DNA of 64,000 nucleotides from Bacteroidia bacterium (GTDB taxonomy: Bacteria > Bacteroidota > Bacteroidia > JAIBAJ01): contig JAIBAJ010000002.1 of assembly GCA_019695265.1 (NCBI GenBank), positions 11,822 to 75,821 on the forward strand, written 5' to 3'. The translations under genes were made by a program, and so were the position numbers. This document shows positions 10,866 through 21,114 of the stretch, one piece after another. Under the pieces are notes generated by a model. It saw nothing but the letters and a program-made list of their open reading frames with translations. It was not told the DNA's origin and made no database searches. The first letter of the stretch is position 1; each line of letters opens with the position of its first letter.

Positions 10866-11177
10866 CTATTTTTCTTTCACCTCCAACCTGCTTACTATTT
10901 GCTGACCTTCAATATGGCTTTCGATAATTTCTTGAATATCCTTCACTTGCACCCCACCATAAAAAACTGCATCGGGATAAATGGCAACCATAGGGCCTTT
11001 TTCGCAAACATCTAAACAGCCACATTTTTGAGCTCGAACCGAAATAGGTAGCTTTTTATGGTTTAGCTGTCTTTTAAATTCCTGAACCAATGCAAGTCCT
11101 TCCTGTTCACCACAACTGGGTCTGGTGCCCGGAACACGTTGATTCGTACAAATGAAAATATGTTTATCGTAAATCAT
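10866..11177 (-). CDS. Thioredoxin-like (2Fe-2S) ferredoxin domain protein
   Basis: 103 aa. The Cys pattern is C-x-N-x-R ... SC ... CGCLDVC-x-x-GP-x-V-x-IYPD-x-V-x-YGGV, typical of the NuoE/Bfd-like 2Fe-2S ferredoxin fold. Confidence 0.65.
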   Translation of the reverse strand: MIYDKHIFICTNQRVPGTRPSCGEQEGLALVQEFKRQLNHKKLPISVRAQKCGCLDVCEKGPMVAIYPDAVFYGGVQVKDIQEIIESHIEGQQIVSRLEVKEK

Positions 11178-11186
11178 AACTTAATT

Positions 11187-11543
11187 TTATGCCGAATACC
11201 TAACCACAGCGCTGTGCAAAGGGCCATTTACCGGCGGATTGAATTTAATAAGTTCCACATCAATTCTAAAAACCCAAGGGAAAATTCTCCTTAAATGATC
11301 ATGAATTCGCTTGGCAACGTTTTCAATTAATTTGGATCGTTGTTCCATTTCCAATTTAACAACGGTATAAACTGTTACATAATCAACCGTTTTGCTTAAA
11401 TCATCTGCTTCAGCTGCTTCCTCAAAATCTAGTTGAAAATGCACATTTACCTCAAACTCCTGCCCGATAATAGCTTCCTGATCCAAACAACCATGGTAGG
11501 CAAAGGTCTTAATTCCCAAAACGGAAATGGAATGTTGTCCCAT
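11187..11543 (-). CDS. folB: Dihydroneopterin aldolase
   Basis: 118 aa: ISVLGIKTFAYHGCLDQEAIIGQEFEVNV, with FolB length and motifs. Confidence 0.75.
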   Translation of the reverse strand: MGQHSISVLGIKTFAYHGCLDQEAIIGQEFEVNVHFQLDFEEAAEADDLSKTVDYVTVYTVVKLEMEQRSKLIENVAKRIHDHLRRIFPWVFRIDVELIKFNPPVNGPLHSAVVRYSA

Positions 11544-13096
11544 TAGGCAGGTATTGGAAGGCTTATACCTTTTTGTAAACGATTCAAAACTTCAGTTTTA
11601 CCTAAGGTGGCAACCAATTCGAATAATTGAGGGCCTCCACCTACACCGGAAACCAACACCCGGAACAACTGCATTACACTGCCGGGGTTCATTCCCAAGG
11701 TTTCGGCGGTTCCTTTGAAGGTTTTTTCAATTTCGGTGGCTTCAAAATTCTCTAAGTTGCCTAAGTTTTGGATAAATTGTTCGAAATACGCTTTTGCTGC
11801 CGGATTCCAACGTTTTTTCAAAACCTCGGCATCGTAGCTGCTTGGAGCTTGGAAGAAATAGTTGCCCAAATCCCAAAATTCGTGCACGAAATGGGCTTTT
11901 TCCTGAATCAATAAGCATACTTTTTCCAAATAAGCCCGGTCAGGATTGATTCCTTTGTTGGTTAAGGCAGGTAGGAAGGCATCGGCTAATTCAGAAGCCG
12001 ACTTTTTTCGTAAGTATTGTTGGTTGAACCATTTGGCTTTTTCAGGGTCAAATTTGGCACCTGCTTTATTCACCCGCTCGAAAGAAAATTCGCTGATCAA
12101 TTCGTCCATGGCAAACAATTCACGGTTTCCGCCCGGATGCCAGCCCAACAAGGCTAACATGTTGACGAAGGCCTCAGGGAAATAGCCGTTTTCGCGGTAA
12201 CCCGAAGAAATTTCTCCGCTGAATGGGTCTTTCCATTGCAAAGGAAATACGGCAAATCCCAAACGGTCCCCATCTCTTTTGCTCAGTTTTCCGTTTCCAT
12301 CCGGTTTCAACAACAAGGGCAAATGGGCATATTCCGGCATTTTATCTTCCAAACCCAAATAGCGCCAAATCAACACATGGGATGGTGCTGATGGTAACCA
12401 CTCCTCACCTCGAACAGCATGGGTGATTTCCATTAAATAATCGTCAATGATATGCGCCATATGATAGGTGGGCATCCCGTCTGATTTGATTAAAACCTTG
12501 TCATCTACCGTGGATGAATTCACCACTACCCAACCTCGAATAATATCATGAAAGCGGATTTCTTCGTTGCGTGGTACTTTCAACCGAATAACGAAGGGTT
12601 CGCCATCGGCAATTTTTTGTTTCCACACATCTTCGGGCAAAGTCAATGAGTTTTTCATCATTTCCCGGGTGGTGTGGTTGTATTGGGGAGCCACTACTTT
12701 GGCCGCTTCCAAACGTTTACGCATGGCATCCAGGTCTTCGGCAGAGTCGAAAGCATAGTAGGCATGGCCTGAAGCTATAAGTTGATCGGCAAATTTTTGG
12801 TAAACGCCTTGTTCCTTGCGCTCACTCTGACGATAAGGTGCATGAGGTCCACCTACATGCGGTCCTTCGTCGGGAATAATACCGCACCAGGTTAAACTTT
12901 CGATAATATAATCCTCGGCTCCCGGCACATACCTGGTTTGGTCGGTATCTTCTATCCTTAAGAGGAAATCTCCTCCGTGTTTTTTGGCAAATAAATAATT
13001 GTATAATGCGCTCCTAACTCCGCCCATATGTAGCGGTCCGGTTGGACTTGGCGCAAATCTCAATCGTACTCTTCTGTTTTCCATAATTGGGCGCAA
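11543..13096 (-). CDS. gltX: Glutamate--tRNA ligase
   Basis: Class I aminoacyl-tRNA synthetase HIGH motif in RFAPSPTGPLHMGGVRSALYNYLFAKKHGGDFLLRIEDTDQTR, and KMSKS-equivalent KLSKRDG. Confidence 0.9.
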   Translation of the reverse strand: MRPIMENRRVRLRFAPSPTGPLHMGGVRSALYNYLFAKKHGGDFLLRIEDTDQTRYVPGAEDYIIESLTWCGIIPDEGPHVGGPHAPYRQSERKEQGVYQKFADQLIASGHAYYAFDSAEDLDAMRKRLEAAKVVAPQYNHTTREMMKNSLTLPEDVWKQKIADGEPFVIRLKVPRNEEIRFHDIIRGWVVVNSSTVDDKVLIKSDGMPTYHMAHIIDDYLMEITHAVRGEEWLPSAPSHVLIWRYLGLEDKMPEYAHLPLLLKPDGNGKLSKRDGDRLGFAVFPLQWKDPFSGEISSGYRENGYFPEAFVNMLALLGWHPGGNRELFAMDELISEFSFERVNKAGAKFDPEKAKWFNQQYLRKKSASELADAFLPALTNKGINPDRAYLEKVCLLIQEKAHFVHEFWDLGNYFFQAPSSYDAEVLKKRWNPAAKAYFEQFIQNLGNLENFEATEIEKTFKGTAETLGMNPGSVMQLFRVLVSGVGGGPQLFELVATLGKTEVLNRLQKGISLPIPA

Positions 13097-13236
13097 AGTT
13101 ATTTCCTTTCATGTGATTTGCCAATGCCTTTTTTTATCCCTTATTTTTGCACCTGTTTTTTGATGAAATTGGATATTTCCTCCTTCAAAAATCACCATCG
13201 AATTTAACTCTTTTGTTTCAACCTAATTAAGTTTCC

Positions 13237-14211
13237 TTGCCACATCTTCGCTACAATCCATTACTCGATACCTTTACCATGGTGGCCTCGAATCGCCAAC
13301 ATAGACCGCATTTGCCCGGGAAGGAAACTTGTCCCTTTTGTCCGGATTCAGGTAAGGTGGATCCCAATTATGACGTTATTTCCTATCCCAATGATTTTCC
13401 GGTATTGTCCAATTCACCCGAATCATGCGAAGCTGAATCAGAACCGGAATTTTACAAAGCTAGCCAAGCCTATGGTCGTTGTGAGGTAATATTGTATTCC
13501 CCTGATCATAATGCTAAAATGTATGATTTGGCGAATGAAAAGGTTGAAAAAATCATTCAGCTTTGGATTGCTAAAAATGCTGAATTCTCCCTCGACCCTA
13601 AACTCAAATACATTTATCCTTTTGAAAACCGTGGAAAGGAAGTGGGTGTTACAATTCCACATCCTCACGGACAATTGTATGCTTATGGTTGGTTGCCGCT
13701 TAAAATAAAAACCGAACTCGATAACGCAAGGAAATATACGGAAACCACCGGAAAGAACCTTTTCGAAGAAATGATTCAGGCTGAAAAAACTGCAGGCACC
13801 CGAATGCTGGATGAAACGCCCAATTTTGCCTGCTTTATTCCCTACTTTACCGACTATCCATTTGGAGTTTTTATTGTAAATAAGAACAAAGCTAATTTGG
13901 CCGAGTTTCAACCGGAAGATATTTCTGAATTAGCTATTTTAATTAAAAAAGTGGTTTATTCCTTCGATCACTTGTTCGATCGGGAATTCCCTTACATGAT
14001 GGCCATTCACCAGACCCCGGTTAACTTGCCCGAGTTTAGCAATGCCTCCGGCTATTTCCGATTTCATATCGAGTTTTATCCTCCTTTGCGAGATAAAGAG
14101 AAAATAAAATGGTATGCTTCATCTGAAATGGGTGCCTGGGCTGCAGCTAACACCTTGTCTGTAGAAGCATGTGCCGCGGAACTTCGAAAACATTGGCCCA
14201 ATTCCTTTTAA
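13237..14211 (+). CDS. GalT-like nucleotidyltransferase (galactose-1-phosphate uridylyltransferase family, HIT superfamily)
   Basis: Zinc-knuckle-like CPFCPDSGK and the HIT-like histidine triad IPHPHGQLYAYGW. Confidence 0.55.
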   Translation: MPHLRYNPLLDTFTMVASNRQHRPHLPGKETCPFCPDSGKVDPNYDVISYPNDFPVLSNSPESCEAESEPEFYKASQAYGRCEVILYSPDHNAKMYDLANEKVEKIIQLWIAKNAEFSLDPKLKYIYPFENRGKEVGVTIPHPHGQLYAYGWLPLKIKTELDNARKYTETTGKNLFEEMIQAEKTAGTRMLDETPNFACFIPYFTDYPFGVFIVNKNKANLAEFQPEDISELAILIKKVVYSFDHLFDREFPYMMAIHQTPVNLPEFSNASGYFRFHIEFYPPLRDKEKIKWYASSEMGAWAAANTLSVEACAAELRKHWPNSF

Positions 14212-14253
14212 CTCCAATTGAAATTCTAGCAAACATTAAACCCAAATTCCGAA

Positions 14254-14330
14254 ATAGAATTCTATTACGGCTTCCAACTACTGCAAATACAAGGATTTCA
14301 GAACAATTTTTGACTTAATAATAGTTTACT
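14254..14330 (+). repeat. R3 short intergenic repeat, copy 1 (second copy at 46374-46450)
   Basis: atagaattctattacggcttccaa...caaatacaaggatttcagaacaatttttgacttaataatagttt is about 85% identical to 46374-46450. Confidence 0.7.
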
Positions 14331-14539
14331 ATTTCTTATCCCAAAAATTAACTTGAAACCCCTGTCCTTATTGTATTTGAAAGCCTCATCACGATTTCTA
14401 ATGCAGAATTTGGGTTAAACCAAAATTGGAACTTTGATTTTCAATCAAAACCTGTTGTTTATCATGCCTTTTTTATGACTGCACCCATAATTGGGCTGTT
14501 ATTGCCCACTTACTTTTGGTGCATATCAATTCATAAAAA

Positions 14540-15100
14540 ATGAAAACAAATCTCTTGATGCCCAGCCTACTAGTTTTAGCTTTGTCGGCAGGCTGTGGTA
14601 ATGGAACCGAAACTCCAAGCGAAAACGCCACCTCAGAATCCACCGAAACTTCTGCACCTGCGGGACAATTCGGTGTGCAAGATGATCAGTCGGCTCCAAA
14701 CATTGTACAGGTAGCTGTTGGAAGTAAAGATCATACTACCTTGGTTGCTGCTGTTAAAGCCGCTGAATTGGTTGACGCTCTCAGTAATGCAGGTCCTTTT
14801 ACAGTTTTTGCTCCCGTTAATTCGGCATTTGATAAACTACCTCCGGGAACCGTAGATGATTTACTAAAACCCGAAAACAAGGACAAATTGACCAATATTT
14901 TAGGTTATCATACCTATGTGGGAGTTATTAACGGAATTCTTCTGCAAGATGGAGCTCAGTACGATATGGTCTTCGGTGGTAAAGTAAAAATTGCCAAAAA
15001 AGGCGATAAAACTTATGTAAATGGAAATGAAATTCTAGCAACTATCACGGCTTCCAATGGAGTGATCCATGTAATTGATCAGGTGCTTTTACCAAAATAA
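14540..15100 (+). CDS. Fasciclin (FAS1) domain lipoprotein
   Basis: Signal peptide plus lipobox (LALSAGC). Fasciclin motifs are FTVFAPVNSAFDKLP and NGVIHVIDQVLLP. Confidence 0.85.
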   Translation: MKTNLLMPSLLVLALSAGCGNGTETPSENATSESTETSAPAGQFGVQDDQSAPNIVQVAVGSKDHTTLVAAVKAAELVDALSNAGPFTVFAPVNSAFDKLPPGTVDDLLKPENKDKLTNILGYHTYVGVINGILLQDGAQYDMVFGGKVKIAKKGDKTYVNGNEILATITASNGVIHVIDQVLLPK

Positions 15101-15123
15101 GTATGTTCGGGTTAAAATTGCTA

Positions 15124-15158
15124 AAGGGGGACAAATGAAGGTGTTCCCCTTTTTTTTA
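15124..15158 (+). terminator. Rho-independent terminator after the fasciclin gene
   Basis: GC stem gggggaca...tgttcccc followed by T8. Confidence 0.6.
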
Positions 15159-15257
15159 TGAAGTTTTTCGGAGTTTTGGTACCATCCAATTTTGAATTTG
15201 GGATAAAAAGGAATGGTAACGAATCTATCGGAATCACCTGTTATTATTGGAGTAGTC

Positions 15258-16439
15258 TTAACCTTTAGTTTTAATTAGTTTTTGAATGGTTTTTCCATCC
15301 TCCTTTTCTATTTCGAGCAGGTAAAATCCGCTTTCTATAAAACTAATATCCAATTGAGACCAACTTACTTTGGAAATCTGCCATTCCTGAATTTTTTCGC
15401 CACTCAGGTTCCATAGTCGAATGGTTGCATTCATGTTGGTTGAACCTTGTATAACCAGCTCGTTCTGTACCGGATTGGGGAATACATGTAATCCGGATTC
15501 GGATGGGGTGAATTTACCTTTCCAAACTTCAGGAGTGCGATGGTAACTCGAATCAATTCCTGAAATTAGGTAGATTGAATTACCCATAGAAACTGCATTC
15601 ATGCCTTTGCGCGGTGAAAAGGGTAATTCACCTAATTCAATCCATTCGTCGAGATATGGTTTATAAAAATAAGCTTCATTATAGAAGACACGATTTGGAT
15701 CCATTCCTCCTAATACAACAATTCCATCCGCAAAGGAAAAGGCATTTCCATATTGTATGTTTTTTCCCGGGAAGTCACTTTTCCTTTGCCAAATGGCAGA
15801 GTTAGGTTCATATGAATACCAGTCATGGAATCCAATTTTTTCAGAAGAATCAATTCCTAAGCCTACAAAAACAACTTTCCCCCAGTTGGATAAAACAGCT
15901 TCTTTTCTTGGTTCTCCGGGAAAGGCCGGCTTTTTTAACCAGGTGCTATCTGCTAAACTAAATTCCCACCAATCGTTAAAACATGAGCTTCCATTGCTAC
16001 CAAGTCCAAAGAAAATTCGTTCTTCTACATTTCCCGATACTTGTTGTTTTCGTGCAGGTCCAAACGGAAATGGAAAGGGAGTCCAAAGGTTAGGATTGCT
16101 ACCCATGCATTGGCAGTCCTGTAAGGTAGATCCCGCTTTTCCACCTGCAATACAAAAATGGTCATTCCAGTAAAAACCGGATGCATATTGCCGGGGGGTA
16201 TAATTTATAAAACCCCGGTTGTTCCATGTTTCAGAATCAGGGTCAAATTGCCATATATCAGGGGCAATGTAGAAGCCTGAGTTTAATCCGCCTGTAACAT
16301 ATACTTGGTTTTGATAGGTAAAACTTATTCCATCATCAAAGGGTAAACCGGGGAAATCGTTTAGTTTTTCCCAGCTTAGTTTTTGTGAAAATCCGAACAA
16401 TGGAAGAAGCAGAAAGAGTAGGGGTTGAAATTTTTGCAT
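15258..16439 (-). CDS. Kelch/galactose-oxidase-like beta-propeller protein with a T9SS type-A C-terminal sorting domain
   Basis: Signal peptide MQKFQPLLFLLLPLFGFSQ. The ORF is open back to 16514, but the third Met at 16439 precedes the signal peptide. Repeated propeller blades are present. The C-terminal domain reads HVFPNPVQNELVIQG...IRLWNLSGEKIQ...GFYLLEIE. Confidence 0.65.
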   Translation of the reverse strand: MQKFQPLLFLLLPLFGFSQKLSWEKLNDFPGLPFDDGISFTYQNQVYVTGGLNSGFYIAPDIWQFDPDSETWNNRGFINYTPRQYASGFYWNDHFCIAGGKAGSTLQDCQCMGSNPNLWTPFPFPFGPARKQQVSGNVEERIFFGLGSNGSSCFNDWWEFSLADSTWLKKPAFPGEPRKEAVLSNWGKVVFVGLGIDSSEKIGFHDWYSYEPNSAIWQRKSDFPGKNIQYGNAFSFADGIVVLGGMDPNRVFYNEAYFYKPYLDEWIELGELPFSPRKGMNAVSMGNSIYLISGIDSSYHRTPEVWKGKFTPSESGLHVFPNPVQNELVIQGSTNMNATIRLWNLSGEKIQEWQISKVSWSQLDISFIESGFYLLEIEKEDGKTIQKLIKTKG

Positions 16440-16617
16440 CCGACGCAAACGTATTAATTTTTCAAAAATTGCCATACGTATTGGATATTCAGTTTTGAAA
16501 GTAAAAAAGGGCATTTTAAGCCTTAAAAGATATCAGTTGAAGATTTTGATTTCAACTTTTTGAATTTAAAACCTTTGGTAACCGGTTCTAATTGTTCCTT
16601 GCAAGTTCGGTTGGGTT

Positions 16618-16717
16618 TGGGTCGGGTAGGGATAGAGGCAGTTACCCCACAGGACCACGCAGCGATAGCAAGTGGGACGAGGAGTAACGACGATAGCCCG
16701 GACCTGAGCCCGGTTAC
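16618..16717 (+). repeat. E-family structured intergenic repeat, short variant (E3)
   Basis: gtcgggtagggatagaggcagttaccccacagg...acgaggagtaacgacgatagcccggac. The inner stem cagttac/gtaac covaries with caagtag/ctac in the other copies. Confidence 0.8.
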
Positions 16718-16798
16718 CTTTTGGGCAATGTTATCCAAGTTCATGCGAAGGTACCCGCATAATAAGCATTTAAAAAAAAGAAGCCAACTGTTGCAGGT

Positions 16799-17965
16799 TT
16801 AAGGTAAATTACTGTCAATTAATTCCACCAAACCTTCCATTTCAGTAGTGGAGTTAAAGGTGTGCAGGCAAATTCGAATACGCTCCTTGCCTTTAGGAAC
16901 CGTGGGAAAAACCAAGGGGCGTAAATCAAAACCTGAGTCCAGCAACTTAGCACAAAGCTTACGTACTTCGTGGTTTCCGGGAAGCAAAAGTCCTTGAATC
17001 ATGCTGGAACTTCCCTTTAGAAAGGGCAAATGGGCATGAGTTTCCATTAGATTTTTAAAGGTCTGAATGGTTTTTTGAGCTTGTTGGGGATAATCGGGAT
17101 GCGAATTTAGCAACTCGTAAGCCGATTTAATTTCAAGCAGGGAAGTCAATGACGCAGCCGTAGAATAAATAAAGGAGCGGGCAAAATTGATTAGGTATTG
17201 TTTACCTAAAGGAGAGGTTAATACGGCCGCACCATGGTTTCCTAAAGCTTTAGAAAAGGTTATTAAACGGGCAAAGATGCGGTTTTGAAGGCCTAATTCA
17301 TAGCATAATCCTTGACCTTTTGGCCCAAAAATGCCGGTTGCATGGGCTTCATCCGCAAGAATATTAGCGCCATACTTTTCGGCAAGTTCGCAAATTTCTG
17401 TAAGAGGGGCAGGGTCTCCATCCATGGAGTAAATAGTTTCTACCAGTATAAATTTTTGGAAATCAATTGATTCTCCTTTGGTATGGGCCAAAAGTGCTTC
17501 CAAGTGATCCATATCGTTGTGCTGAAACGGAATTCCTTTTATTCGGGCTAGTTTCATACCATCGTGCATGGAAGCGTGAACCAGTTCATCGTAAAATACC
17601 ACGTCGCCCGGACGAACGAAGGCCGAAATCATACCGATGTTGGCATCATAACCCGAGTTAAAGAGCAAGGCAGCCGGTGCATCGTGGAAGGCTTGTAAGG
17701 TATTTTCAATTTCTTCGGCTAATTCCGAATTGCCCGAAAGCAACCTGGAACCGGTGGAGCCATGTTTTCGAAGGTTGGTATCGTGAAATTGTTGCCAATG
17801 CTGAACAAACAAATCATCCAGCTCCAATGATCTTGAAAATCCCAAATAGTCGTTGGAGTAAAAATCAACCAATCCTCCGGTAAGTTTAAGGGTTCTTAAA
17901 CTCCCTTCCTGCTTGCGTTTTTCAAGGACTTCGGCAAGCCTTTTTTCGATTGGATATTCAGGCAA
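16799..17965 (-). CDS. bioF: 8-amino-7-oxononanoate synthase (class I/II PLP-dependent acyltransferase)
   Basis: 388 aa with GSRLLSGN, DEAHATGIFGPKGQG and the PLP-lysine context TFSKALGNHGAAV. It lies immediately downstream of bioB. Confidence 0.75.
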   Translation of the reverse strand: MPEYPIEKRLAEVLEKRKQEGSLRTLKLTGGLVDFYSNDYLGFSRSLELDDLFVQHWQQFHDTNLRKHGSTGSRLLSGNSELAEEIENTLQAFHDAPAALLFNSGYDANIGMISAFVRPGDVVFYDELVHASMHDGMKLARIKGIPFQHNDMDHLEALLAHTKGESIDFQKFILVETIYSMDGDPAPLTEICELAEKYGANILADEAHATGIFGPKGQGLCYELGLQNRIFARLITFSKALGNHGAAVLTSPLGKQYLINFARSFIYSTAASLTSLLEIKSAYELLNSHPDYPQQAQKTIQTFKNLMETHAHLPFLKGSSSMIQGLLLPGNHEVRKLCAKLLDSGFDLRPLVFPTVPKGKERIRICLHTFNSTTEMEGLVELIDSNLP

Positions 17966-17984
17966 ATGAAGAAGCTAGAATTAA

Positions 17985-18968
17985 CTATGCCAAGGTTTTT
18001 TCAGTCACCTTGTCCGGTCTTGGATCATTTTTGAAGGCCGGTTTTGATTTCAGATTGAAAAGTTTAAACATTTCTTTATCCTGGTCGAAATCCGGGTTGG
18101 GGGTGGTAAGCAGTTTCTCGCCGGCAAAAATGGAATTCGCGCCTGCCATAAAGCAAAGCGCTTGTCCTTCGAGCGACATTCTGGTTCTTCCGGCCGATAA
18201 GCGAACGGTAGTTTTTGGCATAGCAATTCGGGTAGTGGCAATCATCCGAACCATGTCCCAAATTGGAACAACCGGTTGGTCTTCCAACGGAGTACCTTCC
18301 ACCGGTACCAAAGCATTGATTGGAACACTTTCCGGCTGAGGATCTAAATTGGCAAGGGTTATCAGCATATCCATGCGGTCTTCAACCGATTCACCCATGC
18401 CAATAATTCCACCCGAACATACGGTAACACCCGCTTTACGCACATTGTTAATAGTGTTTAAACGGTCGTCGTAAGTGCGGGTGGTAATAATGTTTTCGTA
18501 ATTTTCTGAAGAGGTATCGAGGTTGTGGTTATAAGCATATAAACCGGCATCGGCTAGTCGTTGTGCCTGTTCTTCTGAAAGCATGCCAAGGGTACAACAA
18601 ACTTCCATTCCAATGTTGTTTACACCTTTCACCATATCAATCACCTTATCAAAATCGCGGTTATTGCGAACTTCTCTCCATGCTGCACCCAAACAAAGTC
18701 TGGAAGCCCCTCCATCCTTGGCATTTTGGGCAATTTCCATCACTTCATTTACTTCCATAAGCTTATGAACTTTCACCTTGGTATTATACCTGGCAGATTG
18801 TGGACAATAGGCACAATCTTCGCTACAACCACCGGTTTTAACCGATATAAGTGAACTCACCTGAACCTCGTTTGGGGTTTGGTTAGCTCTATGAACCTGC
18901 TGAGCTTGAAACAGCAAGTCGAACAAAGGCTGGTTGTATATGGCTAATAATTCCTCCTTGGTATACAT
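17985..18968 (-). CDS. bioB: Biotin synthase
   Basis: Radical-SAM CxxxCxxC in [16 protein letters not shown], with BioB-type spacing of the downstream Cys residues. Confidence 0.9.
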   Translation of the reverse strand: MYTKEELLAIYNQPLFDLLFQAQQVHRANQTPNEVQVSSLISVKTGGCSEDCAYCPQSARYNTKVKVHKLMEVNEVMEIAQNAKDGGASRLCLGAAWREVRNNRDFDKVIDMVKGVNNIGMEVCCTLGMLSEEQAQRLADAGLYAYNHNLDTSSENYENIITTRTYDDRLNTINNVRKAGVTVCSGGIIGMGESVEDRMDMLITLANLDPQPESVPINALVPVEGTPLEDQPVVPIWDMVRMIATTRIAMPKTTVRLSAGRTRMSLEGQALCFMAGANSIFAGEKLLTTPNPDFDQDKEMFKLFNLKSKPAFKNDPRPDKVTEKTLA

Positions 18969-18988
18969 AATCTATAGGGTGTTAATTC

Positions 18989-20755
18989 TTAGTAAACCTC
19001 CAATTCGTAAGGTATTCTGGCTTGAATGCCTTCAATTTGTAAAGCACGCTGAATTCGTTTATAGTATTCGTAATGTTGTCCCAATTGGGCTTTAATGATG
19101 GCTTCTTCACCTTCGCCACCCAATTGTTTCATTATTTTTTGGAAAGGTTCTTCTTGCTCCGGATAGCCAACTACACGGTAGTTTTCAAGTTTGGCTTTTT
19201 TAGCAGCAAAAGCAATTGCATCTTTTAATCCACCAAATTCATCTATCAATTTGATTTTTTTGGCATCACTTCCGGCCCAAACACGACCTTGACCAATGGA
19301 ATCAACATTGGCGGTTGGCATGTTACGACCTTCTCCAACGTGGGTAATAAAGGTTTGGTAAACTTCTTCTACACCTTGTTGAATAATATCTCTTTCGGTG
19401 TCGGTAAGCGGACGATAAGAGGCTCCCATGTCGGCAAACTTATTGGTACGAACGGTATCAATTGTAATACCTAATTTGTTGTTGAACAACTTCTTGGTAT
19501 TCATCAATACGCCAAATACACCGATGGAACCGGTAATGGTGTTCGGACTGGCGAAAATTCGATCGGCTGCACATGAAATATAGTACCCGCCTGATGCAGC
19601 TACATCACCCATAGAAACAACCACCGGCTTAACTTTCTTGGTCAAAACAACTTCTCTCCACATAATGTCCGAAGCCAAAGCCGATCCTCCAGGAGAGTTA
19701 ACACGCAAAACAATGGCCTTCACTTTCTCGTCCAATCTGGCTTTACGAATAGCGGCTGCAATTCGGTCTCCACCAACATTGTCATCTTCTCCTTCACCAT
19801 CAACAATATCTCCGCTGGCATAAATAATGGCCACTTTTTCTTTAACTTTTTCTTCTTTACTTGGAGTTTCAAAATACTTGCTCAAACTCACAAACTTAAT
19901 TTTGTCTTTTTCTTCAATACCAACACGTTTACGCAGGCTAGCCTGAATTTCATCTTCATAGGCTAGTTTGTCAACCAATTTATATTTCAACGCATCTTTT
20001 GGGTTGCGAATCAAAGCTTGGTCGGCCATGGCATTTAATTCCTGAACCGATAGTTTACGTGCAGATGAAATTCCATCTAACATACGGTTCCACAATGCAT
20101 TTAGGTAAGTGGAGGTTTGCTCGCGGTTGGCATCGCTCATTTTGTCTAAAATCAAAGGCTCAATAGCACTTTTGAATTTTCCATGGCGAATAATTTGTGG
20201 TTCAACTTCCAACTTTTCCAAAGTGCCTTTTAAAAACATAACCGAGGCAGAAAGTCCACGAAAATCCAATCCTCCTTCCGGGTGGATCATGATAGAATCA
20301 GCAACGGATGACAAATAATAGGCTTTTTGATCGTAAGTATTTGAATAGGCCAAGATAAATTTGCCCGATTTCTTAAAATCTAATAAGGCATTCCGAATTT
20401 CTTCGGTGGTAGCCATTCCCGCAGGAACACCATCAATATGCATATAGATTCCTTTGATTTTATCATCGGTTTTGGCTTTTTCAAGTCCATTTAAAATGTC
20501 CACCAAGCCCATTCCTTGTTTGTTTTGGCCACTAAGTGGATTAAAATTTTTGAACGGATTGTTATCTGACCGATCAGAAATTGGACCTGAAAATTCAATT
20601 TTTAAGATGCTATTATCATCAATTTCAGCAGTCTTTTTGCTGCCTGCAGATGCTGCAATGCCTCCAATAATGGCAATTACCAGGAACAAAAGAATTACAT
20701 TGGCCAAAATAAAACCAAGCATTGAGGCGAAAACAACTTTGAAGAACTGTTTCAT
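18989..20755 (-). CDS. sppA: Signal peptide peptidase SppA (67K type, protease IV)
   Basis: 588 aa with an N-terminal transmembrane anchor and tandem ClpP/crotonase-fold halves, with Ser/Lys dyad contexts. Confidence 0.85.
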   Translation of the reverse strand: MKQFFKVVFASMLGFILANVILLFLVIAIIGGIAASAGSKKTAEIDDNSILKIEFSGPISDRSDNNPFKNFNPLSGQNKQGMGLVDILNGLEKAKTDDKIKGIYMHIDGVPAGMATTEEIRNALLDFKKSGKFILAYSNTYDQKAYYLSSVADSIMIHPEGGLDFRGLSASVMFLKGTLEKLEVEPQIIRHGKFKSAIEPLILDKMSDANREQTSTYLNALWNRMLDGISSARKLSVQELNAMADQALIRNPKDALKYKLVDKLAYEDEIQASLRKRVGIEEKDKIKFVSLSKYFETPSKEEKVKEKVAIIYASGDIVDGEGEDDNVGGDRIAAAIRKARLDEKVKAIVLRVNSPGGSALASDIMWREVVLTKKVKPVVVSMGDVAASGGYYISCAADRIFASPNTITGSIGVFGVLMNTKKLFNNKLGITIDTVRTNKFADMGASYRPLTDTERDIIQQGVEEVYQTFITHVGEGRNMPTANVDSIGQGRVWAGSDAKKIKLIDEFGGLKDAIAFAAKKAKLENYRVVGYPEQEEPFQKIMKQLGGEGEEAIIKAQLGQHYEYYKRIQRALQIEGIQARIPYELEVY

Positions 20756-20872
20756 TTCTATTTGAGATTTAAGGGAGGCAAAAGTAGTGGTTTAAACCGA
20801 AAGTTTTTCAGCTTTCTTTTGGTGTTCGATTTTATGTTTGATAAATTGGTAGATGTTTTTAATTTTTAGGAT

Positions 20873-21022
20873 GCGGGCCCCTTTTTGCCTTACAGGTTTG
20901 TTGATATGCTCCAAAATGGCTGCCACAGGCAAAAAGGTCACGCTTTCGGCTGTAATCCTCGTCGCACTTGGCTAGCGCCGCGTTCTCCTGTGGGTTACTT
21001 GCCTCAATCGTTGCCCGAGGGT
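20873..21022 (-). repeat. E-family structured intergenic repeat, long variant (E4)
   Basis: The reverse complement reads ctcgggcaacgattgaggcaagtaacccacagg...gacgaggattacagccgaaagcgtgacc...gggcccgc. The stem gtaa/ttac covaries with gtag/ctac in the other copies. Confidence 0.75.
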
Positions 21023-21114
21023 TCATCCCCTGAACAGTAGTTTAGCCCGCATGAAAAGCGATTCTGCTTCTAATAATCAAATGGTTTGTGCATACTTCTA
21101 TCTTTGTGCTATAT

